IMG/VR virus record: IMGVR_UViG_3300037515_000063
Coordinates: 1 to 46,356 of that record
Reading direction: 5' to 3' (one strand)
Source of the DNA: a virus
Taxonomy: Duplodnaviria; Caudoviricetes
Length of the DNA: 46,356 bases
The position numbers and the translations under genes were made by a program. Positions 36,361 through 46,356 of the stretch are shown here, one piece after another. Under the pieces are notes generated by a model. That model was not told where the DNA came from and ran no database searches. It saw only the letters and a program-made list of their open reading frames with translations. How positions within the stretch are numbered: the stretch's first letter is position 1; each line of letters starts with the position of its first letter.

Positions 36361-39300
36361 TTATTCTCCATAGTGCCACGCCTCAAGAGCGCGAAAGATT
36401 GGGTGAGAGGCAAAGGGGGCCGCGTGGATGCCCTGGCGAATAGCAGACTCCTGCTGCTCCTCGTCGGTGATTGCTCCTAGTCCCGTGTTGACCAGGCCGT
36501 ACGCCCGCCGTACCTGCGAGCCCGTAGGGCCTGCAAGCAGCGATAGTGCGTTAGCGTCTTTGAACTTGCCAGAACCCGGGACCACGGGAGCAAGCCCCTG
36601 CTGTTCCAGTATCTTGTTTAGGGGCTCAGAGACACCTTTAGTTATCAGCTCGCCCAACGGACCCTGGAACCCGGATGCCATGGGGGACCTGATGTAGGAG
36701 GTGTATAGGATCTGCGACCAGCCCTCAGGCGTCTCAGCTTGCTTCATCCACTCCGCCCCCTCACCTCTCAGGGCATGACGAGCCCAGTCGCCCAAAGCGG
36801 CGTACAGTAGCCCCTGTAAGGCCGCCCCCATGAACAAGGGAGCCTTAGCGTTACGGACCTCACCTAGACGGCCTACGATCTGCTTGGCCATCATAGGGAA
36901 GCTAAGGAACTGAAGCCAGATGGAACCGATAGGTGTCCCCGCCAACAAGGGCGAGTGGCCTAGCTCGGCTTCAGGGATCGCGTCGCGAATTGCTCCGCGT
37001 ACCATTCTGTGGAACTTGGACATCGCGACGGGGTTGTCGGCTTCCATAGCTGCCCAGTTGGGCATGTTGAACCGCCCAGCGCGAATGCTGCCGTGCTTGG
37101 CGTGCAGCTGTGCGATGGCGGTAGCGTCGTCTGCGTCAATCCCGCGCCGTGCGTACGAACTCAGGACCTTACTGTCCAGCTTGGAATACCGCGCCATGTT
37201 CTTCAAGGTGTCACTCATGAACAGGTGGCCGTTCCCCGCACGCATGAACAGGTTCCACGGACGCATCAGATTGACACGCATCATGGCTGTGACCCCGGCT
37301 TCCGTGGTGGCGTCCAGCATCCGGGACGCTTCCCGGTACAGTGAGCCCGGGCCACCAATGGCGTGCATGTTGCCGTAGTTGTCAAGGTCTGCAAAGCGTA
37401 GCTGCCGCATGTCCATGTTCCGAGCGTCTTCGCTCATGGACAGGACAGCCCGCATTGTGTGTTGCCCGCCCTTCTCCAGATCGCGTAATGCCGCTTTCAT
37501 GGAGGGGGCAGTCCACACCGCCTGAAGACCCTTGCCTAGACGCCCGTGGGCGATGTCAGACATCATCAGGTCGCCCGGCAGCGTGAGTGCTACCGAGCCT
37601 AGCATGGAGACCACGTTGAACCGTTTGATCTGTGTGGACCAATAGCGTGCCCCAGGGGACGCGGGATCAGGACCACCCAGAAACCTACGCTCGATCTCAT
37701 GCAGGTCACTGGCGAACTGGTTCTGGTACTTCTTCAGCAGGTTAGCTTCCTTCTGCTGCCCTGCGACTTCAGCGTTCTTGATGTCGACGTTGAACTTCTT
37801 GTTGACTGCAGCTGCCTGTTCACGAAGACTACGGCCCTGTAAGGCGTCGTGCATCGCGATGCGGGGAAGCACCTGACGCTCGTAGTTCTGATAGGCGTGA
37901 TCGAAGTCCCAGTTGTAGAACTTCTGGACCAGAGGGTGATAGCGCATCTCCGCCGTGGAGATGTCGAACTGTTTCGGTAGGAGGCGCTGGGGGACGCTGT
38001 CAGAGACCCACCCGCCGCCCCTGATGTGCATGGGGTCCAACAGGTCGTCGACCATGTTGTTCAGCCGTGTCTCAAAGTCAACCTTGTTCGCGACCGTCTC
38101 GTTCTCGACGGAAGTCGTCAGCCGCTCAGCTTTGCCGGTCTTGGCCTTGGCCTTGCGATTGAGGTTCTTGATCTGTGGAGTGTTGCGAGAGTAGCGGTTG
38201 ATGTACTCCTGAATGTCCTCGACGACATGACGGCGGGACACCACAAACTCCAGTTCCTCTTCGGCGGTCGTCAGGATCTCCTCGGTTCGCCTCCAGAGTC
38301 GGTAGGACCGCTCAGCAGTCTTGTGCCGCTGGGTGTGGGTCTCCGAGGGAACGAACTTAGGGCTGGCCTCTTTCTTCGCAATGTCTGCCGTGGTGGACGT
38401 GTAGCGGTCGGCGTACGTGGTACGAAGCTCTCTCAGCCTACGGACCTTGTTAGCCATCTTGGTCACGACCAGCGACATAGCCGTCTTACGGGCCATCTTC
38501 GCCATGTCCGTAGCTTCATTGGCTGCCTGTAGGACCTTGGCTTCCGCCTGGCCCTGCATATACCGCGTCCAGTCTGCGAGGGCTTCCTGCTTCGTCTCAG
38601 GGTCCAGCTTCTGGAACTTGGTTGCGCCACGTACCATCTTCGATCCGTCAGACGTTGTCTCTTCCACCCCCTCGATAAACCCCCGATCAATCAACCAGTC
38701 GTCCATAGGCTCGCGGCTGTAGAACATGCGGAACATGTCCTTAAGTCCCGTGCGGTCCATGGACGCAGCTTCCATATTGATGAACTGCGGGGAGTACGGG
38801 ATCTGCACCCCGTCCTCCGTGGTCGGGAAGTCCGCCTTGGTGGCGAGACCGCGATCCAGGATCATCTTCTCAAACTCACCGGCCTGACGGTCCCGGGCAG
38901 CAGCGGCCTTCTCGACGAACGGGAGCAGGCGTGTCTTCTCGGCGTCCGTTAGGTCGGAGATGCCTCCCCAGATGACGGAGGTGTCGTCTTCGTGGAACGT
39001 GGCGTGCCGGTAGTTGTCAACAGCATGGGCGAACTCACGGTCAGACAGCCGCCACCCAGGCAGCTTGACGTCTGATCCGAACATCTTCCCGCCACGCCAT
39101 CCCCAGGCGCGGTCAAGGGCCTTGCGTGCGTCTCGGTATGCCGTGTGGATCTCAGGTTCATGCTTGCGGAAGACACCAATCAGTTCGTCGTTGATGTCAT
39201 AGGCGTTAGCAGCCCGGGCTTCCCCTAGAAGCTCAGCCTCATTGGTGGCCCGGTTGGGCAGGACGCGGTTGAACAAGGTGTAAGCCTCGTCCGCCGAGGT

Positions 39301-40305
39301 GTAGCCCTTGGGGGCGAGGGACGCCTGGCTAACCTTGGACATGGTCTGCGCCCGACCTACCGGAGACAGCCTGTCTGAGCCGATGGGCGAGCTGGCCTTG
39401 GTGATCTTGTCACTGCCCATGCGGACAGCAGTCTCTGCGGCTTCGGCCCCTTCAGGGACAGCCGCCCCAGTGCTCTTAGGCATCACATGGGAGCTGCTCA
39501 TGCGGCTCGCTGCCTCCTGCCACGCGTCAGCAGTGTCGTCTATGTGAACGAAGCCACCCCGGTTGACGTTGACGCCAACGAAGCGTGGGGGGAGAACCCC
39601 GCCCAGCGCCCCGCCGATCACAGCACCGGCTGCGGTGTAGGTCATAAGGTCGCCAAAGTCGACGGTAGGATCACTGATGCTCTCAGCCGTGCCAAAGATA
39701 GCCGCGTCACCTGCTCCGGCCATAGCCATCCGGGATGCCGCCACCAGACGCGCTGACCTGCCAGTATTGACCCCTATCTTCATGACGTTCAACGCAGCAG
39801 AGGCAGGAACCAGCAGGGAGACGTCAAGCAGACCGCCCGACAACATCCCTACGATCCCCGCAACAGGGGAGTCCATAGCCAGCGATAGGCGCCGGTATTT
39901 ATCTTCAATCTGCCCGGCGAGATGCTCAGCTTCCGCACGGCTCTGTGCAGTTAGCAGGACGTCAGCCGCCCCTGCGTCGGTCTCCATCAGCTTACGGAAA
40001 GGTGCCAAGGGGGACGCGTCGTCATAGATGTCGTTGAGGATGTTATAGCTGTCCTCGGGAGTGAAGACAGGGTTGCTCGTCGTAATGGCACGACCAACTT
40101 CAATGATCGTGTTGGACGAAGCAAACCCCGCCGCGAAGCTATCGTACCATGTCGGCTGATCATCACCGGACTCGACCTCGTCCAGGAACGCTGTGTCCGT
40201 AACAGCAGTCAGGTTCCCTCCCTGCTGAGCAAGGTCAACCCGAGGATCATTGGCCATCGATACGCCTTTCTGCTGAGCAAGGTCAACCCGAGGATCATTG
40301 ACCAT
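36361..40305 (-). CDS. Large internal virion (ejection) protein, gp16-like
   Basis: 1314-aa helical protein directly before the tail fibre; alternative start at 40257. Confidence 0.85.
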   Translation of the reverse strand: MVNDPRVDLAQQKGVSMANDPRVDLAQQGGNLTAVTDTAFLDEVESGDDQPTWYDSFAAGFASSNTIIEVGRAITTSNPVFTPEDSYNILNDIYDDASPLAPFRKLMETDAGAADVLLTAQSRAEAEHLAGQIEDKYRRLSLAMDSPVAGIVGMLSGGLLDVSLLVPASAALNVMKIGVNTGRSARLVAASRMAMAGAGDAAIFGTAESISDPTVDFGDLMTYTAAGAVIGGALGGVLPPRFVGVNVNRGGFVHIDDTADAWQEAASRMSSSHVMPKSTGAAVPEGAEAAETAVRMGSDKITKASSPIGSDRLSPVGRAQTMSKVSQASLAPKGYTSADEAYTLFNRVLPNRATNEAELLGEARAANAYDINDELIGVFRKHEPEIHTAYRDARKALDRAWGWRGGKMFGSDVKLPGWRLSDREFAHAVDNYRHATFHEDDTSVIWGGISDLTDAEKTRLLPFVEKAAAARDRQAGEFEKMILDRGLATKADFPTTEDGVQIPYSPQFINMEAASMDRTGLKDMFRMFYSREPMDDWLIDRGFIEGVEETTSDGSKMVRGATKFQKLDPETKQEALADWTRYMQGQAEAKVLQAANEATDMAKMARKTAMSLVVTKMANKVRRLRELRTTYADRYTSTTADIAKKEASPKFVPSETHTQRHKTAERSYRLWRRTEEILTTAEEELEFVVSRRHVVEDIQEYINRYSRNTPQIKNLNRKAKAKTGKAERLTTSVENETVANKVDFETRLNNMVDDLLDPMHIRGGGWVSDSVPQRLLPKQFDISTAEMRYHPLVQKFYNWDFDHAYQNYERQVLPRIAMHDALQGRSLREQAAAVNKKFNVDIKNAEVAGQQKEANLLKKYQNQFASDLHEIERRFLGGPDPASPGARYWSTQIKRFNVVSMLGSVALTLPGDLMMSDIAHGRLGKGLQAVWTAPSMKAALRDLEKGGQHTMRAVLSMSEDARNMDMRQLRFADLDNYGNMHAIGGPGSLYREASRMLDATTEAGVTAMMRVNLMRPWNLFMRAGNGHLFMSDTLKNMARYSKLDSKVLSSYARRGIDADDATAIAQLHAKHGSIRAGRFNMPNWAAMEADNPVAMSKFHRMVRGAIRDAIPEAELGHSPLLAGTPIGSIWLQFLSFPMMAKQIVGRLGEVRNAKAPLFMGAALQGLLYAALGDWARHALRGEGAEWMKQAETPEGWSQILYTSYIRSPMASGFQGPLGELITKGVSEPLNKILEQQGLAPVVPGSGKFKDANALSLLAGPTGSQVRRAYGLVNTGLGAITDEEQQESAIRQGIHAAPFASHPIFRALEAWHYGE

Positions 40306-40325
40306 CGATACGCCTTTCTGCTGAG
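40222..40325. repeat. 48-bp tandem duplication across a gene junction
   Basis: ctgctgag recurs at 40222, 40270 and 40318; the two units differ at one position. Confidence 0.95.
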
Positions 40326-43300
40326 TCTATGGTGGTCTTGAGACGCTCCAGGATGCCTGGGTAGCGCTGCTCAAGAGCCTTACGGTACGGTGGGATGTTA
40401 GGATTGACACGGGAGAGCTGGTCCACAGACACCCCCGCAATCTTGGAGGCTTCCCAGTAGCGCCGTGCCATGACGCCCGGTGCCAGCTTCTCAGGGATAC
40501 CTTTCATGGTGTCCACGGCAACCTCGTAGGCTGCGTCGCCCATACGCCCTTCCTTAAGAGCAGCCATCATCTTAGGAGCCTTGGTCGGCGTAAAGAGGCC
40601 AGGCTGTGCGTTGTAGGACAGATCCAGCATCCCTTCCCACGCCTGCTCAGAGAACTGGGAGCGCTCCTCCGGGGTGAACTTCTTGGTCAGCTCGGTTGCC
40701 CGGTGGGCCATGTCCAGCTCCAACAGCTTACGGGCTATCGGCTCGGGAACCGTCTGGGTCCCATCACGGACCTTGCCAATGTCGAGACCAACAATCCGCA
40801 TGAACTTAGCGGCGTTCTCGTTGTTCGTAATGTTTAGGCCATAGCCCACAGTGGCCTTGTCATCCCCCGCGTCATAGACATAGGGTCGATAGCCTTCCCA
40901 GAAATAGCCGTTATCGACCACCCGCTGCCTGAAGTCGTGATGCTCAGGCGCGAGGAAGTTGGTCATGAAGCGGGCACGTCCGCGCTCTTGTGTCAGGGCG
41001 TCTTCAATGTCCACCATTGCCTCCAATTCATTCCGGGGTGCCGGGCGGCTGCGCGTGGTTGTAGCTAGGTCTGGGCTGAGCTTGCCGCTAGTCAGTAGTT
41101 CGTCGACCTGCTTGTTGCGCTCCTTCCGAAAGCCCTCAACCGTCTTGTCCCCAGTTGGGACGTGAGGCTGCGACTGTCCGGGCAGAGGCCCTGCGCTGTA
41201 CTGAGGCAGTCCTAGCGGACCCTCCATCAGGAACTGGTGTCCAGTAGGGGGCCGGTCCAGCAACTCACGACGACGCTGTTCTAGCTCACTACGAACCTCC
41301 TGTGGCGACTTGACGCGGGGAGGGTACACGCGGAGCTGAAGCTGTCCGGAGGAGAATGGATTAGGCGTCCACGCCATCCGTTCACTGACGCGCCCAGGGG
41401 CCATGGTGACGGTAACGGTGCCGTCCTTGTTGACCTCCTGAGGCATGTTGCGCCAGATCTCCGAGCCTGCCTCGGCTGCTGAGAATACCCGGCGCTCCCC
41501 GGCTGCGCCTACGGCCTGGAACTGAGCACCAGTCCGCTCGCTGCGCAACGTGACCAACGCCCCCCCGTCCACATCAAGGTTGTTAGGGTCAATGCCCGAC
41601 GCTGAGAACGGAACAGGCTGTTGGTTGCCGAGGGGGCCTTCCATGCTGTATAGCTCAAGCGGCGTCTCTTGGGTCTTTAGCTTGACGGACTTGTCCACAG
41701 TGGTCTGTAGTTCGCGCAGGTCGTCCGTGGAATACTTCCGGGTGTGGATCGGTTGGCCGTTGATGTCAGTCTGCACACGCCGGGCGAAGGGGTGCTGAAG
41801 CACCGCTACCACCTGGTCATCCACAATCGCTGGGACCAGCCGGTCTTTCAGCCGCTCCTGGGCGTACTGGAAGGACTGCTCTGGGGTCCACTCAGGGTGC
41901 CGTGCGGCTACCTCCTGGGCGGACTGACGGACTGCGGAGGCGGCAGAGGGACTAAGGGCTTCCACCCCACCCAGCATATCATCAGCCTGTACGGCCTCCA
42001 GCAGCATCTCTGCGTGGTCTACCGTCAGGTCGGCTACGTCAGAGGCCGACAGGGCGTGAAGCTCCCTGAATACAGTCTCAGGCTTCTGAGTGACCCCGGC
42101 AGCCTTGGTCTGCTGATAGGCGGTGATGGCCTCGTCTTCCGGCAGTCCATAGAGGCGCGCGGAGTAGATAGTCTCCCAGAGACCCTTGGCGTCTGTGGTA
42201 ACAAAGTCGGAGGCGTTCGCTGAGGCTGCCTCGATACGGGTTAGGACTGAGGTAGCGGCGGCGCGGGTGTCTTCCCGCAGGAGCAACTGGGACATCAGGT
42301 TCTTGAGTTCCGTGGTGGACTCCTGGACGCCCATGTTTGCCGCCATAGCCGCAATCAGGGTCCCTGCTTCCTCGGTGTTCCCGTTCTGCAGCATGGAGGC
42401 CGCTTCCTGAATGCCTGAAGCCACTGCGGTATGCCCAGCCTTGCTCCACGCTTTACGCGTAAGGCTGCTGAGGTCCCCGGTGCGCCAGCTATCTAGCAGG
42501 CCGTTGATGTTAGCAGAGTCCCCCAGCTTCGTGAGGAGCTTGGATCGCATGGACTGCGAGGCGTCCGAGCGCCCGAATAGTTCTTCGTGACGACTGACAG
42601 ACGTAATCAGCTCCATGGGCGTTCCCTGCTGGGTGAGCATGGTCTGCTCAATGTCGTCCAGGTTCTGCTTCTCTGCCGCAGTCTGCATCTTGCCTTCAGA
42701 CTGAAGCCAGTGCTCCCGGGCTGCGAGGGCTTCTGAGGGATACCTGTCAGCCAGCCTGATGCCGTCTTCGTTCTCAATGTCCATGAGATACATGGCCCGG
42801 CCACCGTTGTCGGGGTCTGATGCAAACTTCATCATCTCGAAGACAGCCGCCTCACGGTACTTAAGAGCCGTTTCGCTGCCGACCAGAGAGCCAATGCCGA
42901 ACGCGGTCGCCTCTAGACGCGTGATGTCCTGAGGGGTCCAGACGGTGCCTGACTTCAACTGGGTCTGAATGTCGTCGCGCATCAGCTTGAAGTTACGCAC
43001 GGTGGCGTCAGCGATGCGCGCCTGCTTATGGGAGGACACTGACTTGCTGGTCATCTCCAGGAAGGTCTGCATGGCAGCTTCCCCGAAGATGTCGTCGCTC
43101 CCCTTCAGCTCATCCTGAAGCACCTTCTGCTGAAGAAGTTCAGGGTCTGCCATAGGGTCGGAGGCCAGCTGGTCCATGTAGGAGTCGGCCATTTGGGAGC
43201 CGTTGACCCGCCCACTGGAACGCCGCAGCATATTGAAGCCAGACTTATAGGCCAGCGCATCCTGAATGCGGGGAGGCAGCGCCGAATAGTCGCCGGTCTT

Positions 43301-43603
43301 CACTGCGTTGACGGCTTCACCCCGGTTGGCCATGGTGTAGTTGAGGACCTCGCGGGACCGCCGCAGGTCGTCCTCCTCGTCCACCTTCTGTTTGATCTGC
43401 TGGACAGTGCCAAAGAAGGAACCCAGAGAGGCTGTCAGCTCCGCTGTGCTACCATCCCGGACCGAGACATCAGGAGTACGGGAGAAGTCACGGGAGCGCA
43501 CGGAGGGCCTAGAGGCGGCAGGGAGGCGCGCGGAGGAGCGGCTTAGGCGGCTTTCACGTTGACCACCAGTCGTACTGGCGATGTCTACAGGCTTATCAAC
43601 CAC
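40295..43603 (-). CDS. Internal virion protein (gp15-like) with C-terminal lysozyme-like domain
   Basis: WEGYRPYVYDAGDDKATVGYG...LDLSYN...RRYWEA resembles phage (GH24-type) lysozymes. Confidence 0.85.
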   Translation of the reverse strand: MVDKPVDIASTTGGQRESRLSRSSARLPAASRPSVRSRDFSRTPDVSVRDGSTAELTASLGSFFGTVQQIKQKVDEEDDLRRSREVLNYTMANRGEAVNAVKTGDYSALPPRIQDALAYKSGFNMLRRSSGRVNGSQMADSYMDQLASDPMADPELLQQKVLQDELKGSDDIFGEAAMQTFLEMTSKSVSSHKQARIADATVRNFKLMRDDIQTQLKSGTVWTPQDITRLEATAFGIGSLVGSETALKYREAAVFEMMKFASDPDNGGRAMYLMDIENEDGIRLADRYPSEALAAREHWLQSEGKMQTAAEKQNLDDIEQTMLTQQGTPMELITSVSRHEELFGRSDASQSMRSKLLTKLGDSANINGLLDSWRTGDLSSLTRKAWSKAGHTAVASGIQEAASMLQNGNTEEAGTLIAAMAANMGVQESTTELKNLMSQLLLREDTRAAATSVLTRIEAASANASDFVTTDAKGLWETIYSARLYGLPEDEAITAYQQTKAAGVTQKPETVFRELHALSASDVADLTVDHAEMLLEAVQADDMLGGVEALSPSAASAVRQSAQEVAARHPEWTPEQSFQYAQERLKDRLVPAIVDDQVVAVLQHPFARRVQTDINGQPIHTRKYSTDDLRELQTTVDKSVKLKTQETPLELYSMEGPLGNQQPVPFSASGIDPNNLDVDGGALVTLRSERTGAQFQAVGAAGERRVFSAAEAGSEIWRNMPQEVNKDGTVTVTMAPGRVSERMAWTPNPFSSGQLQLRVYPPRVKSPQEVRSELEQRRRELLDRPPTGHQFLMEGPLGLPQYSAGPLPGQSQPHVPTGDKTVEGFRKERNKQVDELLTSGKLSPDLATTTRSRPAPRNELEAMVDIEDALTQERGRARFMTNFLAPEHHDFRQRVVDNGYFWEGYRPYVYDAGDDKATVGYGLNITNNENAAKFMRIVGLDIGKVRDGTQTVPEPIARKLLELDMAHRATELTKKFTPEERSQFSEQAWEGMLDLSYNAQPGLFTPTKAPKMMAALKEGRMGDAAYEVAVDTMKGIPEKLAPGVMARRYWEASKIAGVSVDQLSRVNPNIPPYRKALEQRYPGILERLKTTIDSAERRIDGQ

Positions 43604-43621
43604 GCGTCACTCCCTTGGAGA

Positions 43622-44287
43622 TTATCGGCCCCAATATGAACTATTGGGAACCTTGGAAAACTTGTACTCAGAACTGGAGGAGGCGCTGGTGCTGAAGGTC
43701 GGCTGAGACGCCCCGGACTGGGCCCCCCCAAACATTCCACTGAACCGCTGGTTGATGGTATTGGAGCCCTGGTTGCCGTAGCCAGCACCTATGTCACCCT
43801 GGGACGACATGGACGAGCCCCCGCTGAATATGGCAGAAGCGACGTTCTTCCCGGTGTTGAAGTGGTTTGCAATCTCAGCCATCCTGGCGTCTTTGTAGAC
43901 CCCGATGACCTCTCGGTGGATCGCTTTCTGTTGACTGAGCGCGGCTTCTTGCTGCCGGTTCGCATTGCCCGCAATCCGGGCTAGATCCAGCCCCTCCATA
44001 CCCCCGACCTCACCAAGGAAGCGGGCCTCGTTAGCGGCCATCCCGCCACCGCCCAGCTCAGCCATGGCGGCCACGACCTGCGCGTGCTGTCGGTCAGCCT
44101 CGGCAATGCGCTCCGCTTTCTGCTCTTGCTCCTGGTCCTCCAGCTCACGCCGTTGGCGATTGATCTCGTCAATCTGGGCGTTGCCTTCCTCGCCAGCACG
44201 CTCGACCTTATCAGCCAGTTCCATGGCCGTAAAGACACCGCCCATCACCGCAGCAGCGGCGGCGACGATGATTGCTGCTACGGCCAT
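43622..44287 (-). CDS. Internal virion protein A (gp14-like)
   Basis: Ala-rich hydrophobic N-terminus, Q/E coiled coil and G/S-rich tail; follows tube B. Confidence 0.85.
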   Translation of the reverse strand: MAVAAIIVAAAAAVMGGVFTAMELADKVERAGEEGNAQIDEINRQRRELEDQEQEQKAERIAEADRQHAQVVAAMAELGGGGMAANEARFLGEVGGMEGLDLARIAGNANRQQEAALSQQKAIHREVIGVYKDARMAEIANHFNTGKNVASAIFSGGSSMSSQGDIGAGYGNQGSNTINQRFSGMFGGAQSGASQPTFSTSASSSSEYKFSKVPNSSYWGR

Positions 44288-44290
44288 GGG

Positions 44291-46356
44291 TTACTCCTGT
44301 CGACTGATTTCGTTGAACGCGAGAAGCGCGGCGGCGGATGTGATGATGGAGGGGTATGGTTTGTCGTTGATGATCTCAATGCGCGCCGTCAGGCTTTCGC
44401 CGTGAACAGGGACCTTGAAGGCCCCATAAGGGTCGATAGACGGCTGCCCTACCGACAGCAAGTTGCTACCCAGGACCTTACCCTCGAACGAGACGGAGTA
44501 GGTATCTCGGGCCGGGAGTGTTACCTGGACGCGGAAGTATCCAGTGTTGACGTACTGCATCGCAATATCCCTCAGTTGTGAGCGTCCGTGTAGGATAGTC
44601 CCATCAGAGTCGCGCGGGAAGATCTTGGACAGCTCCACGGTCATAGTGTAGTTCCGGCCTGCGTAGCATTCATCAGTCGAGAAATCCCCGACGGCAGTGA
44701 CCGTAGTTGACGTAGGATACTCCAGGGACCGTAGCTCTCGCCCCGGCTCGTCAAAGTTAGGGCCGAGAATAACCACCACATCATCGTCGTGGGCATACGC
44801 GGTAGTCCATGTGGTCTTGTTCGTCCCCGCGTCGTAGGAACCTGTCAAGACCTCCCGTTGATCCAGGAATGGCGTGTAGCCCATGGTGGCGTCCTGCGTC
44901 TCTCGCTCAATGGGGAGCTGCTCCAGATAGATGTCCCCGTCGTCGCGCTCAATCAGGGCCACAAGGAACCCAGAGAAGACCGCCATCCCATGTACGAATG
45001 CGTCGTCCTCGGTGTCTCCGAAGGTGTATTTGCCCCACGCACTTTGAAGCTTGGCGTTCCCGTCGAAGAAGGTCCGGTAGCAGAAGACACAGTTCTGTGC
45101 TCCTGTCGTCAGGACGAACACGGTTGACGTGGTAGCGTCAGTCTCAATCTTCAGGATATCCGTAGGGATATACCCCAGAATGTGCTTCGTGACGTCAGAC
45201 GCCGTGTTGGACAAGGTGGCGTCGTTGAAATAATACTCGTACAGAATGGCGTTGCTCTGCGCCGCTGAGCCGAAATACAAGACATCACCCATGGACGCCG
45301 GGCGCGCCAGAGGGGACGAGGTGTAGGTGGTCGCTTGGTCAAACTCAGCGGACTCAGGGGTGAAGGCTCCCAGGCTGGTTAGCTCAAACTGCGCACGGGC
45401 TGAGGTACAGAACAGGATCTTGCGGAACGTAAGCGCGGCTTTCAGAATGTTGATGTCGTTGGTGGTGGCTGCCCGGTCCACGGGATCTGTCGCCAGCACT
45501 TCAACCGACTTCTCCGGCCAGAGATTGAACACGTCAGACGTCTGAGACGTGATGACATTTTCGTCTGACAGGAGCGCCAGCCGACCCCGAAAGAACGTGA
45601 CATCCTGGATGACTCTGCCGATGAAGGACGGGGCGGGTGCCAGGTCTTCATCCCCCGCGCTGCGTGCGTCCCAGGGGGCAGACTGAAACGTAAAGGTGCC
45701 GTCAGACTCACGGATCAGGCGGTGTGGCAGGGTCCCTGCGTCAAAGATGTTATGTGCAGTAGGGTCCGCTGTCTCCGTCCAGACATTCGTGACGGTGTCG
45801 TCAATGACGTAATAGGAGCCGAAGCCGTCGACTGCCGTCCCCTTGACGCGCCAGATGGCCCCGCTGCCTGTTGGATTGGGAAGGTTGGTGAAGGACTGCT
45901 TCGTGCCTGAGACGGTCCCAGTCAGCACCTCCGCCATCTTGGTGATGACCTGCCGGTTAACGACAAACGTATTGTCTGCGACAGAGGTAGCTCTAATGTC
46001 CTCGGCAGTCGCCCCCAGCAGATAAGTCATATCCATGAAAGTTGCTTTGAGGGTCAACGTAGATGTGGCTGAGGCGGCCCCAGTGGTCACTGAGACGCGT
46101 AGGAAGTTGTGGTCCCCGGTCGCCACTGCGTCAATCGTAGTGGTGAAAGAGCCTGACGCGGCCCCACCAATACCCGTCTCCAAATCGTTCCAAGCTACGC
46201 CATCAGCGCTGCCCTCGACCTTGAAGCGCAACGTGGTGGCGTCAGAGGACTTCCACTCCCAGTCCAACTCCGTCTCGGATACCGAGAAGTCAATCGGGAT
46301 CTCCATGTCGGCGGCGTCAATCTGAACGATCCCCGTGTTATCTAGGTCTACCTGCT
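44291..46356 (-). CDS. Tail tubular protein B, 3' part (second allele); enters from the window edge
   Basis: PHRLIRESDGTF, W..R.AGD...P.PSFIG, FFRGRL, LQSAWGKY and GRSQLR motifs. Open to the window end. Confidence 0.92.
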   Translation of the reverse strand, partial: QVDLDNTGIVQIDAADMEIPIDFSVSETELDWEWKSSDATTLRFKVEGSADGVAWNDLETGIGGAASGSFTTTIDAVATGDHNFLRVSVTTGAASATSTLTLKATFMDMTYLLGATAEDIRATSVADNTFVVNRQVITKMAEVLTGTVSGTKQSFTNLPNPTGSGAIWRVKGTAVDGFGSYYVIDDTVTNVWTETADPTAHNIFDAGTLPHRLIRESDGTFTFQSAPWDARSAGDEDLAPAPSFIGRVIQDVTFFRGRLALLSDENVITSQTSDVFNLWPEKSVEVLATDPVDRAATTNDINILKAALTFRKILFCTSARAQFELTSLGAFTPESAEFDQATTYTSSPLARPASMGDVLYFGSAAQSNAILYEYYFNDATLSNTASDVTKHILGYIPTDILKIETDATTSTVFVLTTGAQNCVFCYRTFFDGNAKLQSAWGKYTFGDTEDDAFVHGMAVFSGFLVALIERDDGDIYLEQLPIERETQDATMGYTPFLDQREVLTGSYDAGTNKTTWTTAYAHDDDVVVILGPNFDEPGRELRSLEYPTSTTVTAVGDFSTDECYAGRNYTMTVELSKIFPRDSDGTILHGRSQLRDIAMQYVNTGYFRVQVTLPARDTYSVSFEGKVLGSNLLSVGQPSIDPYGAFKVPVHGESLTARIEIINDKPYPSIITSAAALLAFNEISRQE

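Noticed and set aside
1-46356. Plus-strand ORFs in the track; tRNAs; integrase; DGR/reverse transcriptase
   Set aside because: Plus-strand ORFs are antisense shadows of high-GC3 genes. No tRNA cloverleaf, recombinase or RT motifs were recognised, and differences between the end copies are not adenine-specific.

Overview
This window is an apparently complete, circularly permuted genome (unit about 44,784 bp) of a T7-like podophage (Autographiviridae-type). It encodes a single-subunit RNA polymerase, SSB, primase-helicase, family A DNA polymerase, exonuclease, portal, scaffold, capsid, tail tubes A/B, three internal virion proteins, a tail fibre and TerL. Essentially all genes are on the minus strand. 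Gene order runs from early genes at about 29.4 kb down to 1, then wraps from 46.3 kb down to the terminal non-coding region at about 29.4-31.6 kb. Main observations: (1) the major capsid gene is split by a 251-nt ORF-less group I intron (3992-4242), with a perfect P1/IGS pairing and splice sites that restore the conserved LFLKIFGGEV motif; (2) an early PEP-utiliser/dikinase-like phosphotransferase sits next to a CX5R phosphatase, where T7 has its kinase; (3) an AT-rich hairpin mini-element with unusually long (29-34 bp) flanking direct repeats disrupts an HD-domain nucleotidase gene; (4) the terminal region is built from nested inverted duplications with two convergent phage-RNAP promoters; (5) a CtrA-type box in an early promoter points to an alphaproteobacterial host; (6) a host-like C5 DNA methyltransferase appears recently acquired. 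The two window ends are diverged alleles of the same tail-tube-B segment, most likely a strain-variant assembly overlap. All product calls come from motif recognition and synteny, not database searches.
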